Shown here in pieces: positions 48,131 to 58,076 of a stretch of DNA of 64,000 bases. The stretch is from an uncultured Candidatus Sumerlaeota bacterium. Its GTDB lineage: Bacteria > CAYMEV01. A model generated the notes under the pieces. The model had not been told where the DNA came from, did no database searches, and worked only from the letters and a program-made list of their open reading frames with translations. The stretch covers positions 1-64,000 of the forward strand of contig CAYMEV010000007.1 in the NCBI GenBank assembly GCA_964389675.1. Reading direction: 5' to 3'. The position numbers and the translations under genes are program-made. The first letter of the stretch is position 1. Each line of letters opens with the position of its first letter.

Positions 48131-49130
48131 CTGGCCTGATTTTGATTAAAGATGAATATATAGCCTTAATAATCTCATCAATTCCATATCCTGATAAACA
48201 GGATATTTTATAGAACTTTATTCCAGCGCCTTCTAATTCGCGCTTGATCATGTCAGTATCTGCCTGGTTCAGAATATCAATTTTGTTGACAGCATATATA
48301 TGTTCCAGGTTTTTTAGTATCGGGTTCCATTCATATAGTTCATGGTTAATAAGATCGATGTTTTCCAGTAGACTTTTCCCCTGTTTTACTATAGAGCCGT
48401 CAACAATATGAAGCAGCATTCGCGTTCTTTCGATATGCTTCAGGAACCTGTTGCCGAGCCCGAGCCCTTTTGATGAACCTTCAATAAGACCGGGAATATC
48501 TGCAAATATGACAGCTTTATCATCTATTTCACGGACTCCCAGGTGAGGGCTGAGTGTAGTAAAAGGGTAGTCTGCTATTTTTGGTTTTGCATTTGAAATT
48601 ATTGACAGAAATGATGACTTTCCTGCATTTGGCAATCCAATTATACCTATATCGGCAATGATATAAAGGTCCAGCAAAATTTTAAGCTCAGAGCCCTTTT
48701 TCCCGGGCGTGAAATTTTTTGGTGTTGTATTAGTCGGGCCGGCAAAATACTTATTGCCTTTCCCGCCTTCCCCTCCTTTAAGGATGGTAATGACCTGGCC
48801 GGGGTCTGTCAGGTCTGCAAGAACATCTTTTGTTTCTGAATTTATGATCTTTGTACCGCATGGTACTTTAATTATGAGGTTTTGACCGGATTTTCCCTTC
48901 CTGTACCTTGATCTTCCTTTCTGGCCATCCTGGGCAGAAAACCTGTTTTTATAACGGAAATCCAGGAGTGTAAACAATGATGAATCGGCTTTAAATGCGA
49001 TATCTCCCCCTGAACCGCCATCGCCTCCGTCGGGCCCCCCTTTTGGATTGTTTTTGGTACGGAGAAAACTAACACAACCATCCCCGCCTTTTCCGCTTCT
49101 AACGGTTATGTTAACGGTATCTATAAACAT
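48117..49130 (-). CDS. obgE: GTPase ObgE
   Basis: Gly-rich Obg fold, GLPNAGKS, YPFTT, DIPGLIEG, NKID. Confidence 0.97.
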   Translation of the reverse strand: MFIDTVNITVRSGKGGDGCVSFLRTKNNPKGGPDGGDGGSGGDIAFKADSSLFTLLDFRYKNRFSAQDGQKGRSRYRKGKSGQNLIIKVPCGTKIINSETKDVLADLTDPGQVITILKGGEGGKGNKYFAGPTNTTPKNFTPGKKGSELKILLDLYIIADIGIIGLPNAGKSSFLSIISNAKPKIADYPFTTLSPHLGVREIDDKAVIFADIPGLIEGSSKGLGLGNRFLKHIERTRMLLHIVDGSIVKQGKSLLENIDLINHELYEWNPILKNLEHIYAVNKIDILNQADTDMIKRELEGAGIKFYKISCLSGYGIDEIIKAIYSSLIKIRPDEDS

Positions 49131-49157
49131 CAGATTTATAGTTTTTGGATGCTGTTA

Positions 49158-49415
49158 TTAATTCGGGACTATTACAGATATAAACCTTCTTCCTCCAAAA
49201 TGCTTTGAGAACTTGACAGTCCCGGATATTTTTGCAAAAAGAGTGTCGTCAGAACCCTTGCCTACATTCTCACCGGGATGAAATCTGGTTCCCCTCTGCC
49301 TTACCAGTATTGATCCGCCGGTTACGAGCTCTCCATCAAACCTCTTTACTCCAAGACGCTTGGAATGGCTCTCTCTACCGTTCCTTGAGCTTCCGACTCC
49401 TTTTTTATGTGCCAT
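49158..49415 (-). CDS. rpmA: 50S ribosomal protein L27
   Basis: [29 protein letters not shown]. Confidence 0.98.
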   Translation of the reverse strand: MAHKKGVGSSRNGRESHSKRLGVKRFDGELVTGGSILVRQRGTRFHPGENVGKGSDDTLFAKISGTVKFSKHFGGRRFISVIVPN

Positions 49416-49431
49416 GGTTCAAGCCTCCTTA

Positions 49432-49746
49432 TCAGTTCTTAATATCTGTAACCAATAAATGTGTAGTAAGCTGCCTATGTCCCGTTTTTCTGCGGTATTT
49501 CTTTCTTTTTTTATATTTCCCTACTACGACCTTCCTGTTTTTTCCCTGGAAAACTATCTTTGCAGTGATCTTTGCAGAATCTATAAAAGGCTTGCCAACC
49601 TGAATGTCCTTATCCTCTTCAATTATTGCCAGTACCTTATTCAGTTCTATTATATCACCCTTGTTGCCTTCAAGCTTTTCAACCTTCAGGATGTCACCCT
49701 GTTTGGCAACATATTGTTTTCCTCCTGTTAATACTACTGCGTACAT
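49432..49746 (-). CDS. rplU: 50S ribosomal protein L21
   Basis: [12 protein letters not shown]...GHRQ; start at ATG 49746. Confidence 0.97.
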   Translation of the reverse strand: MYAVVLTGGKQYVAKQGDILKVEKLEGNKGDIIELNKVLAIIEEDKDIQVGKPFIDSAKITAKIVFQGKNRKVVVGKYKKRKKYRRKTGHRQLTTHLLVTDIKN

Positions 49747-49791
49747 CTTAAGTTCCCCCAAAAATTAATATTTGAGTATATAGAAATACCT

Positions 49792-49819
49792 ATAATGACC
49801 AATATTTAATTTTTGTCAA
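49792..49819 (-). promoter_or_regulatory. promoter of the rplU operon
   Basis: TTGACA-16 bp-CATTAT. Confidence 0.55.
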
Positions 49820-49874
49820 GTAATTTTAATCTATTTTATAAATCCAATATTTTAAACATATCCAAAAGATTGGA

Positions 49875-50258
49875 CTATTCTTTCAGGGCAGTTGCAAAGC
49901 CCACTGCAACAGACGATGTATGTGAAATTGAAATATCCAGCGAGATTATTTTTGACTCTTTATAATACTCATAAGCATTTCCCTTCAGGTTTAAATACGG
50001 TTTTCCCTCGGGATTGTTTAAAACTTCAATGCAATTAGCTGAAATCCCGCTGAAAAGTCCAGTCCCGAAAAGCTTTAGAACTGCTTCCTTTATTGCAAAT
50101 TTACCTGCAAATTTCTCAGGGTAATTTTTTTTGAAGGACCTGCAGTACCTTATTTCTTCTTCTGTAAAGATGCTCAGGAGTGAGGACTCCTTTCTTCTGT
50201 CCACAAGGTTTTTAATCCTGCTGATATCTACAATATCAACACCGCACAATATTTTCAT
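49875..50258 (-). CDS. acpS: holo-ACP synthase
   Basis: GVDIV, FAGKFAIKEAVLK..GTG, GKP, SISH. Confidence 0.95.
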   Translation of the reverse strand: MKILCGVDIVDISRIKNLVDRRKESSLLSIFTEEEIRYCRSFKKNYPEKFAGKFAIKEAVLKLFGTGLFSGISANCIEVLNNPEGKPYLNLKGNAYEYYKESKIISLDISISHTSSVAVGFATALKE

Positions 50259-50293
50259 AAAGCATCCAATATTTTGAATTAATACAGGATTTT

Positions 50294-50321
50294 ATGATAA
50301 CCGAATACGCTAATTAGTCAA
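50294..50321 (-). promoter_or_regulatory. promoter of acpS
   Basis: TTGACT-16 bp-TATCAT. Confidence 0.55.
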
Positions 50322-50340
50322 AATATAAAGAATTTATGAT

Positions 50341-50357
50341 TTGGCACAAATATTGCA
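50341..50357 (+). promoter_or_regulatory. sigma-54 (RpoN) -24/-12 promoter
   Basis: TTGGCAC-AAATA-TTGCA matches TGGCAC-N5-TTGCW exactly, 44 bp before the ECF sigma ATG. Confidence 0.85.
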
Positions 50358-50401
50358 TTTTATAATATTGAATATTATTATATGAAAGGAAGGTTCGTTC
50401 G

Positions 50402-50983
50402 ATGAGTGAAAAAGATCTTATTAATCTTATAAAGGATGGAAATGACAATTATTTTACAGAACTGGTAAACAGGTTTTCAAATCTTGTAAAAAAGGTAATA
50501 AGCAGGTTTATAAGAGACCCTGAAGTAATGGAAGAACTTACTCAGGAGGTATTCCTGAAGATATATAACAGCATAGAAAGGTTTGATACCGATTACAGGT
50601 TCTCCGGATGGATAGGGATTATTGCCAGAAACACAGCTATAGACTATCTGAGAAAGTATAACAGGTACGATAATGTATATTTTGAGGACTATCCTGGATA
50701 TGACTTCAATATAAGCAATCAGAGGGATGATAATATTTACCAGTTAATTGAGAAAAAACAGCTCTCTTCATTTATTAAGGCGAGGATCAATGAGTTGCCG
50801 ACAAAATACAGGAAAGTACTGAATCTTAGATATTATCATGATAAAACCTATGAGGAAATTTCTGACATTATTGAAAAACCAATGGGAACTGTGAAAAACA
50901 GGATATTCAGGGCAAAGGAACTGCTGAAGGAAAAATTGATGAAGCCGCAGCATCATTCTTTTGTTCAAGAAATGATTGCATAA
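50402..50983 (+). CDS. ECF (group 4) sigma factor, SigW/RpoE-like
   Basis: ELTQEVFLK, FSGWI..IARNTAIDYLRK, TYEEIS..GTVKNRIFRA. Confidence 0.94.
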   Translation: MSEKDLINLIKDGNDNYFTELVNRFSNLVKKVISRFIRDPEVMEELTQEVFLKIYNSIERFDTDYRFSGWIGIIARNTAIDYLRKYNRYDNVYFEDYPGYDFNISNQRDDNIYQLIEKKQLSSFIKARINELPTKYRKVLNLRYYHDKTYEEISDIIEKPMGTVKNRIFRAKELLKEKLMKPQHHSFVQEMIA

Positions 50984-51035
50984 TCTCAAAACCCTCTGTA
51001 TATTACTCATTAAAATATATGGAGGGTATTTCTTT

Positions 51036-51950
51036 ATGAAAAGGCTTATTATTCCACTTCTAATATTGATATGCTGCTTCTTTTCTGCCACTCATCCAGG
51101 ATTTTCTGATGAAAATGAGGAAAGAATAGACATAGATGAGATGTCCAGGAGTTTTGATGCAGATGATGAGTTATACATAAAAGAGAATATTGAAAAATTC
51201 AGGAAGAAAGAAAAAAGAATTATCACCAGTATTAAATTTTCAGGAGGGAATATTATTATTTCGCCAAGCCCTAAGAAGGGCTTCTTTTATGGAGGTACAT
51301 TCTGGTACGAGACAGTCTTTCATTCTCCTGCCTATATTGTAAATGAAAGTAAAGAAAGCTATAGTATAGATCTTCAGCAGAGAAAATCAAAAATATATAT
51401 ATTTCCAAGCAATCAGAGAAGGCCTGTCTGGAAATGCTATATCCCCTGTGACATTGCATCGCAGCTGGATATAAGTCTCAGTGGAAGCAATACCTTGATC
51501 GAGCTGGGCGGCACAATGCTTGAAAGGGTCAATATTAGCGCAAAGGGACAGGAAACAGCTGTTATGTTTTCTGAACCCTCAAAAGGCATAATAGAGGAAG
51601 CTTTTATTTCAGTGGATGTAGGCAAGCTTTCAGCCCTTGACTTATTGAATTCCAACACAGCATATATGAAATTCAATCTATCATCAGGTTCATACTATCT
51701 GGATTTCAGCGGTAAGGCAGATAAGTTTACCGAGAGAACAGCAGATATTACACTTAATTTTTCAAAGCTGGACTTGAACCTGTCGGACAAAGTCGGGTAT
51801 GAGATTTACACATCAACCCTGATCCATGTTTCAGCACCTGGATTGATAAGAGATGAAGATTACTACAGGACTCCTGGGTTTGAAAACTCAGAACGGAAAA
51901 TATATATAAACATCAGAGGCGTTGCTGGAAAAGTAAATATTATATACTGA
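51036..51950 (+). CDS. secreted beta-rich hypothetical protein (LiaG/toast-rack-like repeats)
   Basis: SD GGAGG, ATG 51036, signal peptide; repeated short beta strands (LDISLSG, ISVDVGKL, INIRGVAGKVNI). Confidence 0.65.
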   Translation: MKRLIIPLLILICCFFSATHPGFSDENEERIDIDEMSRSFDADDELYIKENIEKFRKKEKRIITSIKFSGGNIIISPSPKKGFFYGGTFWYETVFHSPAYIVNESKESYSIDLQQRKSKIYIFPSNQRRPVWKCYIPCDIASQLDISLSGSNTLIELGGTMLERVNISAKGQETAVMFSEPSKGIIEEAFISVDVGKLSALDLLNSNTAYMKFNLSSGSYYLDFSGKADKFTERTADITLNFSKLDLNLSDKVGYEIYTSTLIHVSAPGLIRDEDYYRTPGFENSERKIYINIRGVAGKVNIIY

Positions 51951-51987
51951 AAGCATAAAGTTGCTGATGCAGATTGAGCCTGTTTTA

Positions 51988-52701
51988 TCAATCAGGCCTG
52001 TATGAGGCATAGAAGGGCTTGACTCTATTTATACGAAATCGTCTTTTGAGAAGGAAAAGCATATTTCTTATGCCGTCCCTGAAAGCATACAATTTAGTTT
52101 CTCCTATCCTTTCGCTGTACTCTATATGATATTCTGCAGAGTTTATCTCCCTGCGGGTGAATGCCTCTATCTTTATTTCCTCTGAAAATGGCATGCCTGG
52201 CGATGTCAGGGCAATAAGATTAAGAATGCTTCGCTTGAATACCCACATGCCTGATTGAGAATCATAGAGATTTGTCCCGAAAAGGATATTAGTGACCAGT
52301 GTAAGCAGCCTGTTCCCAAATTGATTCCTCTGGCTCATTGCATTTCTGTTCCTTAATGGAAAACGTCTGCAGGAAACGAAATCCAGGTTCTCATCTATTA
52401 TATAATCCAGTATCTCAGGTATTGCATTGACCGGATAGGTTCCGTCGCCATCAAGCGTACAGATTATTTCTGAGGTCGCATTATAGAATCCAGTCCTTAT
52501 AGCATTTCCATATCCTTTGGACTTTGCGAGAACTACAGTAGCACCGCCCTGATGCCCTACTTCAGATGTCCTGTCTGATGAATTGTTGTCAACAACAATA
52601 AATTCATCAATGAAATCCAGCTTTTGCTCCAGAAGCCTTTTAAGCCCTTTTTCCTCATTATAGCATGGTACAACCAATGAAATAGTTTTATCCTGATACA
52701 T
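51988..52701 (-). CDS. GT2 glycosyltransferase, polyprenol-phosphate sugar synthase (DPM1-like)
   Basis: VPCYNEE, VVDNNSSD, GYG, LDGDGTY, DSQSG, ERIGETKL. Confidence 0.92.
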   Translation of the reverse strand: MYQDKTISLVVPCYNEEKGLKRLLEQKLDFIDEFIVVDNNSSDRTSEVGHQGGATVVLAKSKGYGNAIRTGFYNATSEIICTLDGDGTYPVNAIPEILDYIIDENLDFVSCRRFPLRNRNAMSQRNQFGNRLLTLVTNILFGTNLYDSQSGMWVFKRSILNLIALTSPGMPFSEEIKIEAFTRREINSAEYHIEYSERIGETKLYAFRDGIRNMLFLLKRRFRINRVKPFYASYRPD

Positions 52702-54165
52702 TTACAGCATCTCTTTCATACTTACAGGGATAAAAAGCTCGAACAATGATCCAGAACCTTCAGGCTTGCGGTAGGAAAGGCTGCCATTCATATATTCTGC
52801 AAAAATACTTGATAGATAGAGCCCAAGCCCGGTACCGCTGGCATCCCTGGAGCCTGCAGTGAGTTTTTTTTGTTTTTTGCTGTTAACCATTCCTTTGCCA
52901 TAATCCCTGAAGGATATTCTTATATTACTGCGGTCCTGCTTGTCAATATTAATCTCGATATTAGAATTGTCCGGGGAGAATTTGAGCGCATTATGCAGCA
53001 GGTTAAATACAATATGCCTGAAAAATTCCCTGTACTGAAAAACTTCAGTTTCTGTAAATTCCCCGGTATTTATAGAAATACTGACAGACTTCTGCTTAAA
53101 TTCTCTGCTAATAAGAAGAATATCTTTAATTTCATCTATCTCCTTATAAGGATTAAATCTTTCCGGTTTATTATGTCTCAGGGAAACTGAATCAAGGAGG
53201 CTGTAAATAAGGTTTTGTATCCTGCTGATCTCATATTCCATGCCTTCAAGGTATTGTTTTGTATCATCAAGTGTACTGCCTCCCATTTTAAGAAGGTCGA
53301 TATATCCCGTTATACCATTTAACGGATTACCAATTTCATGAGCTATTGATGATGATAATTTTCCAATAAGAGAAAATCTCTCTTCAGATAATAACTGCTT
53401 CTGGGTTTCAAATAAAAGGTCATTTGCCTTTTTAAGCTCTTTGATCTTCTGCAGTAGCGCTTCCCTTGCATCTCTCAAGCGCTTTTTCATGATGGACATT
53501 ATGTCATGGAGGCTTCCAAATTCATCCTGTTGAAATTTGAAAACTGTTTCATAGTCAAATCTTGATTCGGCTATAAAGCCTGATATCTCTTCAAGGGCTT
53601 TAATTGGTCTTATGACATTGCTGTTGATAACTATAAGTATCATAATAAATAATATTGCCACCTGTGAAATTATTACAAGCCCTAATGGAAGCATCACTGA
53701 GCTGAACTCCAGCATATGGCTTTTATACTGCGTATATATGTAAAAGGAATTGTTCATGTAACGGTATGAGTACAGGCTTTTTGTAAACCTTCCTTCTTTG
53801 GATGCAATAAGCATATTCAATCCGTCTTCAGGTTTAAGGCTAAAATCAGAACTGTATTTTTCAAATATATCATATCCGACTGACGATATTACAGGATTCA
53901 TGTTCCCATCAACAATTGCGATGCCGGAGTCAAAGAAAGAGGAAAATGCTGTTACTGCGGCTGACAGTCTGGGGATATAATCCCTTTGGAACATTATATC
54001 CTCGACAAGAGTGTGAAGGGTGTTCTCAAGAAAAGTTTCAACAGAAGACTGAATATCTCTATGATGATAATGTGCAAACAGCATATAAAGCAGAATATTA
54101 AAACCTATCAGGATTATGATTATTAGAGGTATTATATTAAAGCTTATTTTTTCTCTGATTTTCAT
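52702..54165 (-). CDS. membrane sensor histidine kinase with HAMP domain (NtrB/PilS-type H box)
   Basis: 2 TM segments, RPIKAL..DEFG, IAHEIGNPL, NALKF, DYGKG, GTGLGL. Confidence 0.9.
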   Translation of the reverse strand: MKIREKISFNIIPLIIIILIGFNILLYMLFAHYHHRDIQSSVETFLENTLHTLVEDIMFQRDYIPRLSAAVTAFSSFFDSGIAIVDGNMNPVISSVGYDIFEKYSSDFSLKPEDGLNMLIASKEGRFTKSLYSYRYMNNSFYIYTQYKSHMLEFSSVMLPLGLVIISQVAILFIMILIVINSNVIRPIKALEEISGFIAESRFDYETVFKFQQDEFGSLHDIMSIMKKRLRDAREALLQKIKELKKANDLLFETQKQLLSEERFSLIGKLSSSIAHEIGNPLNGITGYIDLLKMGGSTLDDTKQYLEGMEYEISRIQNLIYSLLDSVSLRHNKPERFNPYKEIDEIKDILLISREFKQKSVSISINTGEFTETEVFQYREFFRHIVFNLLHNALKFSPDNSNIEINIDKQDRSNIRISFRDYGKGMVNSKKQKKLTAGSRDASGTGLGLYLSSIFAEYMNGSLSYRKPEGSGSLFELFIPVSMKEML

Positions 54166-54166
54166 C

Positions 54167-55123
54167 TTACAGATAAAGCATCCTTTTTGACCTGTACAGT
54201 ATTACCAGGAAAAATGGACCCCCCATAACCGATGTAAGCACGCCAACTGGAATTGATGCAGGAAGGATAAGTGATTTTGCAAGGAAATCAGCAAATAATA
54301 AGAATATGCCCCCTGCAATAAACGAGAATGGAATAAGCGTCCTGTGGTCCTGACCTTTGATATAGCGTGTTATATGGGGAACTATGAGCCCCACGAATCC
54401 AATTGGGCCTGTTATTGAGATAATTGATGCTGTAAGAAGAGATGCAATAATAAATACGTTCTTCTGGAGTTTTGAAACATTTACACCTCTGCTTTGAGCA
54501 ATTTCATCGCCCAGGCACATAAGATTTAAATCCCTGGATCTGAAAAAAATATATAGAGTGAATATGATTACAAATGGCAGAATAAGATAAATATTATTAA
54601 AAGTTACTGCTTCAAATCCACCCATCATCCAGCGTATCATCATAGCTGATTGTGTGAAGTCGGAAATATAATGGATAAACAGGATCATCCCTGAAAAAAA
54701 GAAGCTGAGGGATATGCCTGAAAGAAGCAGGGTTGCTATTGTAAACCTGCCTTTTATCTTTGAGATCCTGTATACCACAAGTATTGTTATTATTCCTGCT
54801 ATCATCGAAAAAGGGGTGGACAATCCGGCCATTTTAAGCTTGATCGCAATAACCGCACCAAATGCACTGCCGCTGGATACTCCAAGGGTATAGGGCGTTG
54901 CAAGCGGATTCCTGAGGAGGCTCTGAAAACATAGTCCGGCTGTTGTAAGCGCACCACCGGTCAGGATGACCATTAAAAGCCTCGGCAATCTTATCAGGTA
55001 GATTATGCTGACAGTTTCCGGGTCCCTATAATCAATATGGCCTGAGAACAGGTATATTGATGAAACAGCAAGCAGTATCAAAAGCAGTATGAGGTATGAG
55101 AATATATTCTTTCTATCAGTCAA
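54167..55123 (-). CDS. FecCD/BtuC family iron-siderophore/cobalamin ABC permease
   Basis: IRLPR, LLRNPLATPYTLGVSSG, GDEIAQSRGV, IGFVGLIVPH; likely TTG start overlapping the ATPase stop. Confidence 0.92.
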   Translation of the reverse strand: MTDRKNIFSYLILLLILLAVSSIYLFSGHIDYRDPETVSIIYLIRLPRLLMVILTGGALTTAGLCFQSLLRNPLATPYTLGVSSGSAFGAVIAIKLKMAGLSTPFSMIAGIITILVVYRISKIKGRFTIATLLLSGISLSFFFSGMILFIHYISDFTQSAMMIRWMMGGFEAVTFNNIYLILPFVIIFTLYIFFRSRDLNLMCLGDEIAQSRGVNVSKLQKNVFIIASLLTASIISITGPIGFVGLIVPHITRYIKGQDHRTLIPFSFIAGGIFLLFADFLAKSLILPASIPVGVLTSVMGGPFFLVILYRSKRMLYL

Positions 55124-55880
55124 TGTAAAAAAGCCCCTTTTCTTCTCTGATGTTCGTATTAAATACTGTCTCCAATGTATCTTTATTAAGTATTTTATCC
55201 TTATTGTCAACTATATGGCCGCCGTTTTCAGGAAAGCACAGGATATTGTCTGCAAGGATAGATGCCAGGTTGATATCATGGGTTACGAAAATTATTATAT
55301 CATATGAATCTTTAAGCCTTTTAATATTTTTAACAAAGAGCCTGATATGCTTCAGATCAAGATTTGAAGTAGGCTCATCAAATAAGAGAATTCGCGATGA
55401 CTGGGCAATTGAAGAAGCAATTATTGTAAGCTGTCTCTCTCCCCCTGACAGGTCCAGAACTGACCTTCTCCGCAAATCATTAAGCTCCCAGTCGTCTATA
55501 GCATTGTTTATTATCCTCTTGTCCTGGTCTGACAGGCTGCTGAATATATTCATCATATGGGGATATCTGCCCGTTTCAACTATGCTGTATACATCATAGT
55601 TGAAATTGATATAGAAATTCTGGGGTACATAAGCAATTATCCTGGCTAATTCTCTGGAACTGTATTCTGCTATATCCCTGCCGTAAAGGCTTATTTCCCC
55701 CTTGTCAGAACGGAGGATTTTGGACAGCAGCCGGATAAAGGTGGACTTACCGCAACCGTTTGGCCCCAGTACCGCCAGTATGCTGCCTTTCTCGATCTCA
55801 AGTGAAATATCCTTAAATACCTGATTTCTGCTGTAGCTGAATGATATGGAGTTCAGGGTGTATATGCTTTTTCCCTTCAT
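55116..55880 (-). CDS. FepC/BtuD-like ABC ATPase
   Basis: GPNGCGKST, LSGGERQ, FDEPTSNLD, THD. Confidence 0.94.
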   Translation of the reverse strand: MKGKSIYTLNSISFSYSRNQVFKDISLEIEKGSILAVLGPNGCGKSTFIRLLSKILRSDKGEISLYGRDIAEYSSRELARIIAYVPQNFYINFNYDVYSIVETGRYPHMMNIFSSLSDQDKRIINNAIDDWELNDLRRRSVLDLSGGERQLTIIASSIAQSSRILLFDEPTSNLDLKHIRLFVKNIKRLKDSYDIIIFVTHDINLASILADNILCFPENGGHIVDNKDKILNKDTLETVFNTNIREEKGLFYID

Positions 55881-57904
55881 TGGCTCAAAGATATCCCTGT
55901 AAGTTTTATTTCTGTCACCGGCATATCAGGTGGTTCTATCGTAAGAGTATTGCAGAAAAATGGTTCACTAAATCTGAAAAGAAGCTTATGCCTGAGTTCA
56001 ACCATATCAGTCCTGATATCAGAAAGAATAGTAATACTGCCATAATCTGAAAATTCTGCCCCCTTACCATTAATAAAAAAAGCCATATCCCTAATAGTTT
56101 TGCTCAGCAGATAATGGTTTTTCTCAAGATCCCTTTTAGTGGATTTCAGGGTGAATACAAGCGCTAAAGCATCCGCAGGGACATCATTATGGACAATCTC
56201 TTTAGTAAATTTAGCTCTATTAATTATACGCCCGAATCTGTATCTTTCACCCCAGTACTTATCAAATCCCGTCAAGCTGATAATATTTCGTTTTTCCCTG
56301 ATGAATTCATCAAAGGGTGTCTTTGTCATTTTGCTTTTCTCTTTGCTGTTTGAAGTATTATCTTCTTTAGGCTTATATCTGCTTTCATCAACAGGCGTTA
56401 TGAGAAAATTTTTCTGTTTGGAATGAGATATGATAATTACTGTATTGATACTTAAAAGATAAAGAATAAATAAAAGCAGCATGCTTTTTGCTGCTATTTT
56501 CTTCCTGCAGGAACTGCAGAACAGGTAAGAAATGGCCAAAATTACTGCAATGCCGATAATTGATGCTAAAAAGCCGATAATATTTTCTTTCAGAAGGTAG
56601 ATTCCAAAAAGCTTTGAGAGGAAGCCTCTATTTAAAAGAATAATAAGACCATCAAGGGAAGGTTTTAGGAATCTCAACAAAGAAAATGGAGTAGAGCTGT
56701 TTACTAAGCCGGACTCAATGAGTGTAATGCCGGATAAATAGTAAAGGCATAGAAGGGATGATAATACAATGACAGATACCGATATGCAGCTTTTTTTCCT
56801 TTTCTTCACGGCATAATCATATAACCAGGCCAGACCCATTGATAAAAATATCAGGCTGCTGAAAAACCTCCTCATACCATAAATGGTTCCTGACACCATG
56901 TCTATCCTTAATGTTATCTGGAGGTATTCAAGAATAACTATAAGGAGGAATAGATAAGCATGCTTTATACTCCTTATACCTGCAAAGAAACCGGCAAAAG
57001 CTAAAATTAGAAGAGGTGTAAGTGTGAAGGCTCCGCAGGATGGATGTGTAAAAAAAACAATAAAATTCCTGGAAACCCCCTGTATGAGTTCGCTGATGTT
57101 TTCACCGGAGGATGGTGCAAATGAACCATTTAAGATATAGCAGGACAGCAACTGAGGGCTTAGCACCGCAAAGGTTATTATCAGGCAGATAAGCAGTGTT
57201 TTCGGGTGTTTATATGCTTTTAGCCTTAGAAAATCATAAAATGGTATTAAAAGATATATCAAGGCGTCGTACCTTATGATAATAAGCAGGGAAGAGATAG
57301 CAGAGTAGAGATAAAAGCGGGTGCTGAGCTCCAGGTCTCTTCTTATAAAGACATAAACCAGAAGGAGGGAAAAAAAGAAAGCAGTCATATGTGAAAATGA
57401 TGTGATAAGGTAGGAGTACCCAAATATTGCAGAACCAAAAAACATAAAAACCGAAGCGAAGAAGGATGAATTTGGCGAGAATGATTGTTTAAGCACTAAA
57501 AAAAGAAGGATATTTGAAAACAGGCAGATAAAGAAGGTCAAGACAAGGTAATTGAAATAGGTTGTCTGGCTGTATCCTGTATTTTCCTTTTGAGAATCGG
57601 ACAGAACAGCAATTTTTTCTGCAATACAGGAATTTGCAAACATTGGCATATATACGAGTGAATGTCCCATGGGAAACACGTTATTGCCATAACCTGAATC
57701 ATTAAGCTGGTTTACGCCAAGACTTCCGGGCATCATGCTATACTGGGTATTCATCTGTATATCCCCGCTGAAAAATATGGAATGTCCCCAGAAAACATAG
57801 GGGTAGCCATCCAGAAAAAATTCAAACCTGAAAAATAAAAGAAAGGCAGCAGAATGGATTATTATTATGAGTATTATATAGTTTATAATTATATTTTTTT
57901 TCAT
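55877..57904 (-). CDS. polytopic membrane protein, probable GT-C fold glycosyltransferase
   Basis: About 13 TM segments; DG..Y after TM1, FSH, IIRY, YGMRRF patterns resemble GT-C/PMT-like proteins. Confidence 0.55.
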   Translation of the reverse strand: MKKNIIINYIILIIIIHSAAFLLFFRFEFFLDGYPYVFWGHSIFFSGDIQMNTQYSMMPGSLGVNQLNDSGYGNNVFPMGHSLVYMPMFANSCIAEKIAVLSDSQKENTGYSQTTYFNYLVLTFFICLFSNILLFLVLKQSFSPNSSFFASVFMFFGSAIFGYSYLITSFSHMTAFFFSLLLVYVFIRRDLELSTRFYLYSAISSLLIIIRYDALIYLLIPFYDFLRLKAYKHPKTLLICLIITFAVLSPQLLSCYILNGSFAPSSGENISELIQGVSRNFIVFFTHPSCGAFTLTPLLILAFAGFFAGIRSIKHAYLFLLIVILEYLQITLRIDMVSGTIYGMRRFFSSLIFLSMGLAWLYDYAVKKRKKSCISVSVIVLSSLLCLYYLSGITLIESGLVNSSTPFSLLRFLKPSLDGLIILLNRGFLSKLFGIYLLKENIIGFLASIIGIAVILAISYLFCSSCRKKIAAKSMLLLFILYLLSINTVIIISHSKQKNFLITPVDESRYKPKEDNTSNSKEKSKMTKTPFDEFIREKRNIISLTGFDKYWGERYRFGRIINRAKFTKEIVHNDVPADALALVFTLKSTKRDLEKNHYLLSKTIRDMAFFINGKGAEFSDYGSITILSDIRTDMVELRHKLLFRFSEPFFCNTLTIEPPDMPVTEIKLTGISLSQ

Positions 57905-57941
57905 AACATAGCAAAAGATGAACAGGTATTATTTAAATCCG

Positions 57942-57969
57942 ATTATATATAATTAAATCTTCAGTGCAA
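57942..57969 (-). promoter_or_regulatory. promoter of the GT-C/ABC/HK/GT2 operon
   Basis: TTGCAC-16 bp-TATAAT. Confidence 0.55.
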
Positions 57970-58076
57970 TAATTAATTGAAAAGGCGAAAACGGCTAAAT
58001 CTGAGAGCGCTTTTATTTCTTTACCAATATGTTTTATAAACTATGATTAAAGCAAACCTGCAGGAGATAAAGGCTT

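Noticed and set aside
47059..49761. rplU-rpmA-obgE-nadD-rsfS cluster as a novelty
   Set aside because: Widely conserved housekeeping arrangement
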